Assembly (NCBI GenBank): GCA_963663165.1
Contig: OY760175.1
Span: forward strand, 4,512,001 to 4,576,000
Direction: 5' to 3'
Source of the DNA: an uncultured Desulfospira sp.
GTDB taxonomy: Bacteria; Desulfobacterota; Desulfobacteria; Desulfobacterales; Desulfobacteraceae
Length of the DNA: 64,000 bases
Positions 1-9,924 of this stretch are shown here, one piece after another. The number at the start of each line of letters is the position of its first letter. Position 1 is the stretch's first letter. The position numbers were made by a program, and so were the translations under genes. Below the pieces are notes generated by a model that was not told the DNA's origin, searched no databases, and saw only the letters and a list, made by a program, of their open reading frames with translations.

Positions 1-341
1 AGGTGGAACAATTTGACAAACCGCCCTTTTTCATCGTATCAAAACAGTCAGAGGCCGGTATTCGCCACGAACTAGGCTCCCTTGACGAACTTTACGAATA
101 TATCATGGCAGAGGCCAAAAAGGGGATCACGGTCCAGCGATACAAAGGCCTGGGCGAAATGAATGCAGACCAGCTCTGGGAAACCACCATGAACCCGGAA
201 AAGCGGAATATGCTCAAAGTCGATATAGAGGATGCGGAAAAAGCCGATGAAATCTTTACCCTTCTCATGGGTGAAGAGGTGGAACCCAGGCGGAATTTCA
301 TCCAGAAACACGCGTTGGAAGTATCTTCCCTTGATTATTAA
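1..341 (+). CDS. gyrB: DNA gyrase subunit B, C-terminal part (truncated by window start)
   Basis: [21 protein letters not shown]...[13 protein letters not shown] is the conserved GyrB C-terminus. Confidence 0.95.
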   Translation, partial: VEQFDKPPFFIVSKQSEAGIRHELGSLDELYEYIMAEAKKGITVQRYKGLGEMNADQLWETTMNPEKRNMLKVDIEDAEKADEIFTLLMGEEVEPRRNFIQKHALEVSSLDY

Positions 342-396
342 CCCCTTATGGTTAAGCCTTCTTAGGCACAGGGAAACCGCATTGACAAGTTAACGT

Positions 397-437
397 GCCA
401 TCCAAATCGGAATAGAACATATTTCGATTTGGATGGC
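397..437 (+). terminator. Stem-loop downstream of gyrB, possible terminator
   Basis: gccatccaaatcggaata-gaaca-tatttcgatttggatggc, 18-bp stem with one G-U; weak U tract. Confidence 0.5.
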
Positions 438-559
438 GATTTCCATGGAAATCCGGCCTGCAAAGATAATGGTAGTTCTGTTCCTTTCCGGTAATTGACA
501 TCTCAAAGAAGAGGCCGGTGCGCCGTTAATCGTAATTTTAAAATGGGTATCCGTTACCA

Positions 560-3500
560 ATGCGTCTTTACCGATTTAAGCGCTTCAAGCATGTTTTTGT
601 TCTGTCTGTATGGCTGATGGCGGTTCTCCTGCTTTTGCCGGCGGCCCCTGCCGGGGCCGGAGAATTGGTTCGGGCAGGGGTTTATGACAACCCTCCTAAA
701 GTTTTTATTACCCGGAACGGGACGGCGGCAGGGCTGTACCCGGACATTCTCAACGCCATGGCCCGTGAAAGGGGGTGGACCCTTCAATTTGTCCCCGGCA
801 CCTGGCAGGAATGCCTGGATCGCCTGAAGTCACAAGAAATTGATCTGCTGGTGGATATTGGAAAGACCAAAGAGCGAGAGGCCCTTTTTTCTTTTAGTGA
901 AGAAGTGGTGATTACCAACTGGGGGGCCGTTTACACGGGAAAAAATTCTTTTATTTTATCCTTTGAAGATTTAAAAGACCGGACCGTGGCCGTGGTCTCA
1001 GGCGATGTCTATAACACCGGAGATCGTGGAATTCGTGGGCTTTTGTCCTCCTTGGATATCTCCTGCCGGTTTGTGGAGGTGGGCAGTTACGCCGATGCCA
1101 TGATGCTGGTGGACAGCGCCCAGGTGGATGCCTGTGTGGTCAACCGCCTTTTCGGTATTTTAAATGAAGCCGAATACGATGTGACCACCACCCCCTTGAT
1201 TTTCAGCCCCATGGTGCTTCTCTTTGCCGCTCCCAGGGACGGGGAACATTCTCAAGCGCTGCTGGATCAGATTGACCAGAGCCTCCGGAAATATAAGCAG
1301 GACCCGGACTCGGTTTACCACAAAGCCATGGGCCATTATATGAACGGCGGCAGAATCAGGCTGGATATGCTCAAAGACGAGCCCCTCCCGTTTCTTGACC
1401 TGTCTTTCAAGGAGAAACAGTGGGTCCGGGATCACCCTGTGGTGAAATTCAGCACAGACCCTTATTTTTCACCCTTTGAATCCCTGTCTCAGGACGGCCG
1501 GTTCACCGGTATTGCCGCAGACTATCTCGAACTGATCCATAAGAAAACCGGCCTGAATTTTCAAAGAATCGGATTTAATACCTGGGGCCAGGCCGTTAAA
1601 GCCGCCCGGTCAAGACAGATCGACATGCTGCCCTGCCTGGCGGACACCCCCGGTCGGCAGCCGTTTCTTTCCTTTACCAATCCATATATCCAGTTTTCCC
1701 GGGTGATCATTACCACGCTGGATTCACCGCTTTGTGGAGAAATTGGGCTTTCAGGGCTTTCAGGGCTTAAGGTTGGGGTTCAGGCGGACAGGTCTTGCCA
1801 GGACGCCTTAACACATGACACCGGCATCACGGTGGTTTCCTATCCAACCTTTCTGGATGCCCTGGTTTCGGTTTCCAGTAAAAAGGTTGATGCCGCCATC
1901 GGAAACCTGGCCGTGGCATCCCATGACATTAAAAAGTTGTCTTTGACCAACCTGAAGATTGCCGGTTATGCCGACCCCGAACCCCAGTCACTGTCCATGG
2001 GGATTCGAAAGGACTGGCCCGAGCTGGCCGGGATTCTCAACCGGGCCCTGGCGTCGGTCTCCTTCAGGGAGAAAGATCAGATTCTGTCAAAGTGGCTGCC
2101 CCTGCCTCTGGATTCCCAGAAACAGATCCAGCTGACCGACAAGGAGCGTGAGTGGCTGCTCATGAATCCCCGGATCAGGGTGGCCTGGGACCGGCACTGG
2201 GCGCCCCTTGAGTTTGTTGATAAAGATGGTGCCCCCCAAGGGGTTTCCATGGACTACTTAAACGCCATTTCAAAGATGCTGGGCCTGGAATTTGACATGG
2301 GGCGCGACCTGGGCTGGCCGAAAATCGAATCAAAGCTTGAAAAAAAAGAGCTGGACATGTGTACCTGTCTGGCGGTTACCCCGAAGCGGCTGTCTTTTCT
2401 TAAATTTACCAAACCTTATCTGTCCCTGCCGGTGGTTATTTTTTCCGGAAAGGATATGCCCTATGTCCGGAACCTGTCTGAGATTTCTAAGATGAAAGTG
2501 GCCGTGGTCAAGGATTATGCCGTTGATCAATGGGTGTCCCATGATTTTCCCGATCTTTCCCTGGCCCGGGTGGATACGGTAAAAGACGGGTTTGCCCTTC
2601 TTGAGAAGAAAAAAGTGGACGCATTTTTGTGTAATGTCCTGCCGGGAAATTATTATTTAAGCCGGTTAAAAGACCACGATATTAAAATCGCCGGCACAAC
2701 CCGGTACACCTATAAATTGCGAATGGCGGTCAGAAAAGACTGGCCTGAGCTTGCCGGGATTCTAGAAAAAGCCCTGGACCGTCTCCCCGATGCGGAAAAA
2801 AATTATTTTTACCGGAAATGGGCCCTGATCAAATATGAAAAAGGGTTTGACTATGTGTTTTTTAAAAAAAGCATGGTGGTTGTCCTGGCGGTGATTCTGG
2901 TCATGCTTTTATGGAACCGGCAGATGGTCTGGGAGGTTTCCCAGCGACGAATCGCCGAGGCCACCCTGGCGATCCGGGAGGCCCAGCTTAAACGGACAAA
3001 CAGAGAACTTAAAAAAGTGGAAGCCTTAAAGGACAACCTGGCCCATATGATGATTCGTGATATGCGGTTTCCGTTGTCGGTGATCACCGGCAATCTGGAC
3101 CTTCTGGAATCGGGCCTGGACCAGTATCCCACCGTTCAAAAACATCTTAGAGCCGCCCGGGAGGGAGCGGGCATGCTCAACCGGATGATGCGCTCTTTTC
3201 TGGATACCTTCAGGCTTGAGTCCAATGAAATGGTCCTTAAACCGGAAAAATTTGACCTTAAGGAACTGGCGCAAACTGTTTTGGCAGAAATGAAAGGCCT
3301 GGCTGAAATGAATGAACAGCAGTTGTCGTTATCCGGTAAATCCTGCATGGGATATTTTGACCCGCAAATGATCAGAAAGGTGTTGGTTAATCTGGTTGAA
3401 AACGGCCTTAAAGCTTCACCAAGGGGGGGGTGGTTAGAGGTCTTTGTCGGTGAGGTGGAATCCTGTCTGATGGTGGAGGTTAAGGATTCAGGAAATGGCA

Positions 3501-3751
3501 TTCCCGTTGAATTTCAGGATAAAATTTTTGATAAGTTCAGCCGGCTTGAACAGGGGCCCAAGACCGCAGTGCCGTCCTATGGACTGGGGCTGACCTTTTG
3601 CAAACTGGCCGTTGAGGCCCACAAAGGCACCATCGGGGTGAGAAACCAGGACTTTGGCGGGTCTGTGTTTTATTTTTCCCTTCCCGGGACAGGGGAGAAT
3701 GGGTTAGGTGGCGGCCAAAGACCGGAGACCGGAAACCGTGAGCCAAACTGA
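560..3751 (+). CDS. BvgS/EvgS-like sensor histidine kinase: three periplasmic SBP family 3 (Venus flytrap) domains, TM, HisKA-like, HATPase; H-box His replaced by Arg
   Basis: Signal peptide; three PBP2-like repeats (W.ECL..LK..EIDL, RKDWPELAGIL twice); TM VVVLAVILVMLLW; N box NLVENGLK, G1 DSGNG, F box IFDKF, G2 GLGL; H-box reads MIRDMRFPL. Confidence 0.88.
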   Translation: MRLYRFKRFKHVFVLSVWLMAVLLLLPAAPAGAGELVRAGVYDNPPKVFITRNGTAAGLYPDILNAMARERGWTLQFVPGTWQECLDRLKSQEIDLLVDIGKTKEREALFSFSEEVVITNWGAVYTGKNSFILSFEDLKDRTVAVVSGDVYNTGDRGIRGLLSSLDISCRFVEVGSYADAMMLVDSAQVDACVVNRLFGILNEAEYDVTTTPLIFSPMVLLFAAPRDGEHSQALLDQIDQSLRKYKQDPDSVYHKAMGHYMNGGRIRLDMLKDEPLPFLDLSFKEKQWVRDHPVVKFSTDPYFSPFESLSQDGRFTGIAADYLELIHKKTGLNFQRIGFNTWGQAVKAARSRQIDMLPCLADTPGRQPFLSFTNPYIQFSRVIITTLDSPLCGEIGLSGLSGLKVGVQADRSCQDALTHDTGITVVSYPTFLDALVSVSSKKVDAAIGNLAVASHDIKKLSLTNLKIAGYADPEPQSLSMGIRKDWPELAGILNRALASVSFREKDQILSKWLPLPLDSQKQIQLTDKEREWLLMNPRIRVAWDRHWAPLEFVDKDGAPQGVSMDYLNAISKMLGLEFDMGRDLGWPKIESKLEKKELDMCTCLAVTPKRLSFLKFTKPYLSLPVVIFSGKDMPYVRNLSEISKMKVAVVKDYAVDQWVSHDFPDLSLARVDTVKDGFALLEKKKVDAFLCNVLPGNYYLSRLKDHDIKIAGTTRYTYKLRMAVRKDWPELAGILEKALDRLPDAEKNYFYRKWALIKYEKGFDYVFFKKSMVVVLAVILVMLLWNRQMVWEVSQRRIAEATLAIREAQLKRTNRELKKVEALKDNLAHMMIRDMRFPLSVITGNLDLLESGLDQYPTVQKHLRAAREGAGMLNRMMRSFLDTFRLESNEMVLKPEKFDLKELAQTVLAEMKGLAEMNEQQLSLSGKSCMGYFDPQMIRKVLVNLVENGLKASPRGGWLEVFVGEVESCLMVEVKDSGNGIPVEFQDKIFDKFSRLEQGPKTAVPSYGLGLTFCKLAVEAHKGTIGVRNQDFGGSVFYFSLPGTGENGLGGGQRPETGNREPN

Positions 3752-3898
3752 AAATTTGAAGCAGATGGTCTTCAGCGCACTTCAGGCTTTAAAAAGCCGA
3801 TTGACGGATGTTTTTTGCCAATGCATAATGGTCCTCGTCAGCAGCTATTGATTCGGAGAGGACATGGTTCTATCCTTAACCGTTAGAGATGATTGAAA

Positions 3899-4834
3899 AT
3901 GGAAAGTCTGGTTATCAGGGTTGACCCCCGGCGGCGGCAATGGTGGAAGCAGATCATTCAGTCCAGACTGCCGGAGTTGAAGGTGGTGCTTTTGGATGAG
4001 GATGACTATGATCCTTTGGATGTTCACTATGCCATTGTCTGGAATCCGCCCATGGGGATGTTTGACCGGTTTCCCAATCTAAAATGTGTGGCCTCGGTAG
4101 GGGCCGGGGTGTCCCACATTTTAAAAGATCCGGGGTATCCCGCACAGATTCCCATCATCCGGTGTGTCAGTGAAGCCTTGAGAATGAGAATGGCCGAATA
4201 CATTGTGCTGCATGTCCTGCGGTTTCATAAACGGCTGCCGGAAGTTGAAGCGACCCATGCCCGAAAGCTGTGGTGCCAGATCATCTCGCCTTTGGCAAGC
4301 GACATCACCGTCGGCATACTGGGAATGGGAAATTTGGGCGGGTATGCCGCCGGGCGGCTTAAGGCCATGGGGTATCATGTGGCCGGATGGTCCAGACGAA
4401 AAAAGGATATGGAACATATAACCAGCTATGCCGGAAATGAACAATTGCATGACTTTTTGTCAACCGTTCACATCCTTATCTGTATGCTGCCCCATACCCG
4501 GGAAACCGAACGTATTTTATCCAAAGAAACCCTGTCAAAGTTGCCTGAGGGCGCTTATTTAATTAATGTGGGGCGGGGAGAGTGCCTGATTGAAACCGAT
4601 TTAATTGAGCTATTGGATGCCGGGCATCTCAACGGCGCTACCCTTGATGTGTTTAACACGGAACCCCTGCCGGCGGATCACCCGTTCTGGTCCCACGAAA
4701 AAATTTTGGTGACCTGCCATAGTGCCGGAATAATTGATCCGGCCATTGGCGGGGAGACTATTGCCGATAATATTAAAAAATTTATAAATGGAGAGCCGGT
4801 TCCCGATATGGTGGATATTGGTAAAGGATACTAA
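3899..4834 (+). CDS. ghrA: D-2-hydroxyacid dehydrogenase, glyoxylate/hydroxypyruvate reductase A-like
   Basis: GAGV, GILGMGNLG Rossmann motif, INVGRG, LDVF..EPLP..HPFW, H in TCHSAG; ATG at 3899 preferred over TTG 3893. Confidence 0.8.
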   Translation: MESLVIRVDPRRRQWWKQIIQSRLPELKVVLLDEDDYDPLDVHYAIVWNPPMGMFDRFPNLKCVASVGAGVSHILKDPGYPAQIPIIRCVSEALRMRMAEYIVLHVLRFHKRLPEVEATHARKLWCQIISPLASDITVGILGMGNLGGYAAGRLKAMGYHVAGWSRRKKDMEHITSYAGNEQLHDFLSTVHILICMLPHTRETERILSKETLSKLPEGAYLINVGRGECLIETDLIELLDAGHLNGATLDVFNTEPLPADHPFWSHEKILVTCHSAGIIDPAIGGETIADNIKKFINGEPVPDMVDIGKGY

Positions 4835-4993
4835 TTACATGTAATCTGTGCGATTTTTGGTTCTGATATCGCCTTAAAATCCATATGATTTATCTTCTGC
4901 CCGTCCTTTTTTTTAACCTCCGAATATAAAAAACTTATTAAAATTACTGGACATTGGTTTTTGTATCTGTTATGAAGTTCCGTTGATAGATAT

Positions 4994-5090
4994 AATTGCT
5001 AATATTTGGCAGATTGGCAATCAGAATTGTCAACATTTGGCCGAATGGCAATCGAAAATTGCTAATATTTGGCAGAATGACAATCAGAAT
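4994..5090. repeat. Three tandem 31/32/31-bp imperfect repeats upstream of the acyl-CoA operon; probable operator array
   Basis: aattgctaatatttggcagattggcaatcag / aattgtcaacatttggccgaatggcaatcgaa / aattgctaatatttggcagaatgacaatcag. Confidence 0.85.
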
Positions 5091-5123
5091 TTACCGAATT
5101 TTTATAATACTAAAGAGGGAGTA

Positions 5124-5822
5124 ATGAAACCACAAGAAATTTTGGATCAAGCCAGGCAAGAAAAGCGTTCCGTCCTTACTGAGATTGAAGCCAAGCAGAT
5201 TCTGATGCAGTCGGGTATCAATTGTACGGACACTCAGCTGGCCGAGACCAAAGAGGCCGCTGTAGAGTTGAGTGAAAAGTTTGGATATCCCGTAGTGTTG
5301 AAAGTATCTTCGGTTGATATCAGCCACAAGAGCGATGCCGGTGGCGTAAAAGTCAACCTGAAGACCAAAGCCGAGGTCGAGAATGCTTATGACACCATTC
5401 TTGAATCCTGCAAGGCTGCGGTTCCCGGCGCCAACATTGAGGGCGTTTCGGTACAACCCATGGGAAAAGCCGGTACCGAAGTCATCATCGGCATGATCAA
5501 GGATGCCAGTTTCGGCCCGGTCATCATGTTCGGCTTAGGCGGTGTGTTTGTCGAAGTATTAAAGGATGTTTCTTTCCGCGTTGTACCCATTGACGAGTCC
5601 GACGCTGAAGATATGGTCAACGAAATCAAGGGCAAGAAACTGCTGGAAGGCTACCGCGGCCAGGAACCGGCCGACGTGGCCACCCTTCAGCAGATGCTTA
5701 TCAAACTTTCCGACCTTGTTAATGCGACACCGGAAATCCAGGAAATCGATATGAACCCGGTATTCGCTTACAAAGACGGGGCCGTTGTTGTGGACGCACG
5801 TATCATTATTTCAGTAGATTAG
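5124..5822 (+). CDS. ADP-forming acyl(acetate)-CoA ligase, ATP-grasp (beta) subunit
   Basis: GYPVVLK, SHKSDAGGV, EVIIG..D..FGPVIMFGLGG..VE, EID.NP, VVDAR; RBS gaggga before ATG 5124. Confidence 0.9.
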   Translation: MKPQEILDQARQEKRSVLTEIEAKQILMQSGINCTDTQLAETKEAAVELSEKFGYPVVLKVSSVDISHKSDAGGVKVNLKTKAEVENAYDTILESCKAAVPGANIEGVSVQPMGKAGTEVIIGMIKDASFGPVIMFGLGGVFVEVLKDVSFRVVPIDESDAEDMVNEIKGKKLLEGYRGQEPADVATLQQMLIKLSDLVNATPEIQEIDMNPVFAYKDGAVVVDARIIISVD

Positions 5823-5895
5823 CGTTGGCGGCAAGCCCATCTATATATAAGGTTCATAATTGATACAAAAACGATAAAAGGAACGGTGAATAATC

Positions 5896-7287
5896 ATGGA
5901 ATTGATGGATCGATTTTTTAAACCAAGATCTGTGGCAGTTATCGGGGCCAGCGGAACTGTCGGAAAACTTGGGTATGTAATCATGAAAAATATTGCCGAT
6001 AGCGACTTTTCCGGAGATGTTTATCCGGTAAACCCGAAATCGGATGAAATACTGGGATATAAAGTATATCGGAGCGTAACCGAAATCCCCGGCGAGGTTG
6101 ACCTGGTGGTCACGGCGCTTCCGTCACCGAAAATTACCCTTGCCGCAGTAGAACAATGTGCTGAAAAAGGCGTTAAAGCCGTCATCATTGAATCTGCCGG
6201 ATTTGGTGAGATCGGCGGAGAGGGCAAGGTCATTCAGGATCAGATCGTTGCTGTGGCCAAGAAAAACAATATCCGGGTCATCGGGCCCAACTGCTCCGGC
6301 ATTGTATCCCGGAATATCGTGACATCCATTTATCCGATCATCAAAAAGGTTCCCAACGGGAACGTTGTGCTGATCGGGCAGTCAGGTATCCTGGCTGCCG
6401 GCATGGCCGCAGACCTGGTCGGCAATGAAAGCCTGGACATCAATAAGGTCTGCTCCATTGGGAACAAATGCGATGTCAGCGAAAATGACCTGCTCGAATA
6501 CTTTGGCAATGAAGACGATGTTGATGTTATTTCCATGTATCTGGAAACCGTTTCCGACGGTGCCAACCTCACCCGGATCGCCAAGGAAGTCACCCTTAAA
6601 AAACCCATTGTTTTCCTGAGCGGGGGCCGGACCGAAGCCGGTGCCCAGGCGGCCATGAGCCATACCGGCTCTATCGCCAGCAATGCCAAGATCGTCGAAG
6701 CCGCTGCCAAACAGACCGGCATGATCATGGCTGATGATTTCATGGAACTCAAAGACTTTGCCAAAGTCTTTTCTACTCAGCCGCTGCCCAAGGGCAACCG
6801 CGTTGCCGTTGTTACCGTGGCAGGCTCTGTCGGCGTAAATGTATCAGACCTTTGCGCAAGCCATGGCCTGGTGCTTCCCAAGCTGTCCCCTGAAACCATT
6901 GCAGAAGTTGAAGATAAATTTGACACCCCCGTAGGCAACCCGGTTGACCTGTACTTTTCCGTCACCAAGATCGGGTTTACCAAAACCCTGGAAATCACTT
7001 TCCCTGCCGCTATCAAAGATCCCAACATTGATGCTGTGATCCTGATGCTGGCCGGTTTTGACTACACCAAAGAAGCCATTGAGAAAAAGATCATCCAGAA
7101 AATCGTGGGCGAGCTTGGCAAACCCGTGGTGATCTGCCTGGTGGTTGGATACAACGAGAACAAGAATGTTATTCTGAACGAACTCGGCAAAGACCTGCCG
7201 GTGTTCCCGTCTTTGATTTCCGGCGTAAAAGCATTAAGCAAGCTGTGTGAATACGGGATGTTCAGAGCCAAAAAAGAATCTGCCTAA
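5896..7287 (+). CDS. ADP-forming acyl(acetate)-CoA ligase, CoA-binding (alpha) subunit
   Basis: F.PRSVAVIGAS, YPVNP, SAGFGE, RVIGPNC, QSG, GNK.D, catalytic SHTG, NPVD. Confidence 0.9.
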   Translation: MELMDRFFKPRSVAVIGASGTVGKLGYVIMKNIADSDFSGDVYPVNPKSDEILGYKVYRSVTEIPGEVDLVVTALPSPKITLAAVEQCAEKGVKAVIIESAGFGEIGGEGKVIQDQIVAVAKKNNIRVIGPNCSGIVSRNIVTSIYPIIKKVPNGNVVLIGQSGILAAGMAADLVGNESLDINKVCSIGNKCDVSENDLLEYFGNEDDVDVISMYLETVSDGANLTRIAKEVTLKKPIVFLSGGRTEAGAQAAMSHTGSIASNAKIVEAAAKQTGMIMADDFMELKDFAKVFSTQPLPKGNRVAVVTVAGSVGVNVSDLCASHGLVLPKLSPETIAEVEDKFDTPVGNPVDLYFSVTKIGFTKTLEITFPAAIKDPNIDAVILMLAGFDYTKEAIEKKIIQKIVGELGKPVVICLVVGYNENKNVILNELGKDLPVFPSLISGVKALSKLCEYGMFRAKKESA

Positions 7288-7310
7288 TCCTAATCAAGGG
7301 AGGGAATGTT

Positions 7311-8078
7311 ATGGATTACGAAAATATGCTTTTGGAAAAAGAAGATCATATTGCCATACTCACCTTTAACCGTCCGGATGCAAGAAACGCCGTTAACAAT
7401 CAAGTTAGGGCCGAATTTGCCGCAGCCATTGAAGAAATCGAGGCTGACGACGACATAAGGGTCATGATCCTTACCGGAAAGGGCAAAGCCTTTGCCTCCG
7501 GTGTGGATATCAAGGAGTTCAATCAAACCAAGCCATACCATGCCCATACCTTAATCCGTTTAGGGGAGCGGGTCGAAAAGTTGTCCAAACCGGTGATTGC
7601 TGCGGTCAATGGGTTTTGTCTGGGCGGGGGCAACGAGATTGCCCTGGGCTGCGACATTATCATTGCTTCGGAAAAGGCCAAGTTCGGACAGCCTGAGCTG
7701 AATATCGGTATTATCCCCGGGGGAGGCGCCACCCAGCGCCTGCCCCGGCTGATCGGTCCGTGCAAGGCCAAGGAACTGATCTTCACCAGTGACATCGTTA
7801 CGGCCCAGGAGGCCCTGGGCATGGGAATGATCAATCAGGTGGTCCCCGATGAAGAGCTCCTGGACAAGGCCAGAGAGATGGCCAAAAAAATTGCCAAGAA
7901 AAGCCCGGCTTCCCTGAAACTGGCCAAACAAGCCGTTAATTTTTCCATGCAGTCCAGCCTGGAGTGCGGCCTGAAATTTGAATATGAGCTTTACAGCCTT
8001 TCTCTGGGACTTGAAGACAAGTTCGAGGGGGTTGCGGCCTTTGTTGAAAAAAGAGCCCCGAATTTTGTGGGCCGGTAA
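7311..8078 (+). CDS. Enoyl-CoA hydratase (crotonase family)
   Basis: NRP..RNA, AFASGVDI, KPVIAAVNGFCLGGGNE, FGQPE..IGIIPG.GATQRLPR; both catalytic Glu present. Confidence 0.93.
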   Translation: MDYENMLLEKEDHIAILTFNRPDARNAVNNQVRAEFAAAIEEIEADDDIRVMILTGKGKAFASGVDIKEFNQTKPYHAHTLIRLGERVEKLSKPVIAAVNGFCLGGGNEIALGCDIIIASEKAKFGQPELNIGIIPGGGATQRLPRLIGPCKAKELIFTSDIVTAQEALGMGMINQVVPDEELLDKAREMAKKIAKKSPASLKLAKQAVNFSMQSSLECGLKFEYELYSLSLGLEDKFEGVAAFVEKRAPNFVGR

Positions 8079-8116
8079 CGGCAGGGTTTTACGGAACAAT
8101 AGTTTAAGCGTGACTA

Positions 8117-8215
8117 ATATAACGGCCACGGGCCGCCTTGGTTATCCAACCAAGCACCGCCCACAACAAATATTGAAAGTCTTCTCAGGACGTTAGTGAG
8201 ACTTTCATATAAATT
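8117..8215. repeat. Structured intergenic element, copy 1 (copy 2 at 10811-10928)
   Basis: Shares atataac.gcca, gggc..ttggttatccaaccaag..ccgcccacaacaaatattgaaagt...gttagtga.actttcatataaatt with copy 2. Confidence 0.85.
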
Positions 8216-8226
8216 CACTAGGAGGA

Positions 8227-8670
8227 ATGAAACGAATGGAAAACACGTCAAATATGGTAGCCCGGATACCAGGTTTGGTTGACTGGTCCACCGATGAAGT
8301 CAGATTAATCGGCGCAAAATGCAAATCATGCGGAACCTGCTTTTTCCCCAAGGGACATTACCAGCATGCCCCGGGGTGTGCAAGGGAAGGCAACGAAGAC
8401 ATCCTGTTTCCCAATAAAGGCAAACTGGCAAGCTATGTTATTCAGCATTATATGCCCCCGCCACCATTTAAAACAGAAAAGAAAATTGTTCCTTATGCAA
8501 TTGGTCTGGTTGAATTTGAAGATGAAAAAATTCAAATTGCAGGCATCCTTAAGGGTGTTGACCTCAACAACATTGAACTTGGAACTGAAATGGAAACCAC
8601 GACCCTCAAACTGTTTTCCAATGACGAAAAACAGGATGTTGTGACCTGGGCATTTCAGCCGGTAAAATAA
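8227..8670 (+). CDS. DUF35 / ChsH2-like Zn-ribbon + OB-fold protein (thiolase partner)
   Basis: CKSCG..FFP, second Cys/His site, GKL.SY, PYAIGLVE, immediately upstream of thiolase; RBS ggagga. Confidence 0.88.
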   Translation: MKRMENTSNMVARIPGLVDWSTDEVRLIGAKCKSCGTCFFPKGHYQHAPGCAREGNEDILFPNKGKLASYVIQHYMPPPPFKTEKKIVPYAIGLVEFEDEKIQIAGILKGVDLNNIELGTEMETTTLKLFSNDEKQDVVTWAFQPVK

Positions 8671-8706
8671 TTGAATAAACCAATTTCATAAGGAGACATA
8701 TATAAA

Positions 8707-9891
8707 ATGAGAGATGTATATCTTGTTGGAACAGGGATATCGCCATGGCAGGGATTCTCAGAGACCAACTTCAGCGATTTCGGTACCGTAGCCGTTGACA
8801 ACGCCATGAAAGACGCCGGCGTTGACTGGAAAAAAATTGAAGCCATCATGTCCGGGATTTATATCTGGGGCGGCAACGCAGGTCACCTCTCCGGCCAGTA
8901 CCTGGAAAGTATTTTCGGTGAAACCGGCGTACCTGTCGTCAATGTTTACAATGCCTGTGCCACCGGTACCGCCTCTTTGAGAATGGCCTACAACAGCGTT
9001 GCTTCCGGCGAAACCGATACCTGTCTGGCCTATGGTGCCGACGTATCTCCCAAAGGCTTTTTTGGCGCCAAAACCGATGACCCCACCCAGGACCGTGACG
9101 TTATCCGGTGGAAAATGGTCGGTATGCCCAACCCGGTTTTCTGGGCCCTGGAATGCCGCAAAAGAATGGCCAAATACGGTACCACCGAGGAAGATCTGGC
9201 CAGAGTCAAGGTGATCATGAGTAAATACGGTAACATGAACCCCATGGCCCGGTTTAAAAAAGCCTATACCATTGAAGAAGTACTCAATTCCGCATATGTT
9301 TGCGATCCTTTAAGACTTTACATGATCTGCCCGGTTTCCACCGGTGCTGCCGCTTGTATCGTTACCGCCGACAAGGACCTCATTGCCAAGGCCGACAAAC
9401 CGGTTAAGATCAATGCCGTTACCATGGGTTCCGCCATGTACGGCGATCCCACCATCCGCATAGGTGTGGTGTCCTGCCCGGCCGGCAACAATGCCCCCAT
9501 GCTCAGTGAGAGCTATGCGGCTTCTCACAAATGCTATGAAAAAGCCGGTATCGGACCTGACGAGATCGAATATCTCGAACTTCCCGATAACAGCTCCTGG
9601 CATTACCTGGTATACCTCGAAACCTGCGGATTCTGCAAAGAAGGTGAAGCCGACAAGATGCTGCGCGACGGTGAAACCGAGATCGACGGCAGACTGCCCA
9701 CCAACCTGAGCGGCGGATTCTCCTCCCATGGTGAAGCCGTGGCTGCCCAGGCCCTGTGGCAGGTCATTGAATGTTCTGACCAGCTCAGGAAAAGAGCCGG
9801 CAACCGTCAGGTTCCCAAAGACATCAAGGTTGCCATGGCCCAGACTTACGGCCTTATGGGCAACAGCGGTACCACCATTATGAGCATCTAA
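8707..9891 (+). CDS. SCP2/lipid-transfer-type thiolase-family protein
   Basis: NACATG, GAD..PKGFF, NP.A.F, PLRL..ICP.S.GAAA, GRLP.N.SGG...GEA, QLR..AG.RQV. Confidence 0.88.
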   Translation: MRDVYLVGTGISPWQGFSETNFSDFGTVAVDNAMKDAGVDWKKIEAIMSGIYIWGGNAGHLSGQYLESIFGETGVPVVNVYNACATGTASLRMAYNSVASGETDTCLAYGADVSPKGFFGAKTDDPTQDRDVIRWKMVGMPNPVFWALECRKRMAKYGTTEEDLARVKVIMSKYGNMNPMARFKKAYTIEEVLNSAYVCDPLRLYMICPVSTGAAACIVTADKDLIAKADKPVKINAVTMGSAMYGDPTIRIGVVSCPAGNNAPMLSESYAASHKCYEKAGIGPDEIEYLELPDNSSWHYLVYLETCGFCKEGEADKMLRDGETEIDGRLPTNLSGGFSSHGEAVAAQALWQVIECSDQLRKRAGNRQVPKDIKVAMAQTYGLMGNSGTTIMSI

Positions 9892-9924
9892 TACATCCCT
9901 TCACGGGAAAGTTGTCATAATATT

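Noticed and set aside
365..485. c-di-GMP-I riboswitch (gcacagggaaacc ... tccggcct)
   Set aside because: Core GGACGCAAA missing and stems do not pair as required
342..559. Absence of gyrA after gyrB as a sign of island insertion
   Set aside because: Unlinked gyrA and gyrB are common; no att site or integrase seen
4994..5090. CRISPR array
   Set aside because: Repeats are contiguous with no unique spacers, and there are no cas genes in the window
4983..5123. 47-aa N-terminal extension of the ligase beta subunit
   Set aside because: It is the translation of the tandem repeats; the RBS and family-like sequence start at ATG 5124
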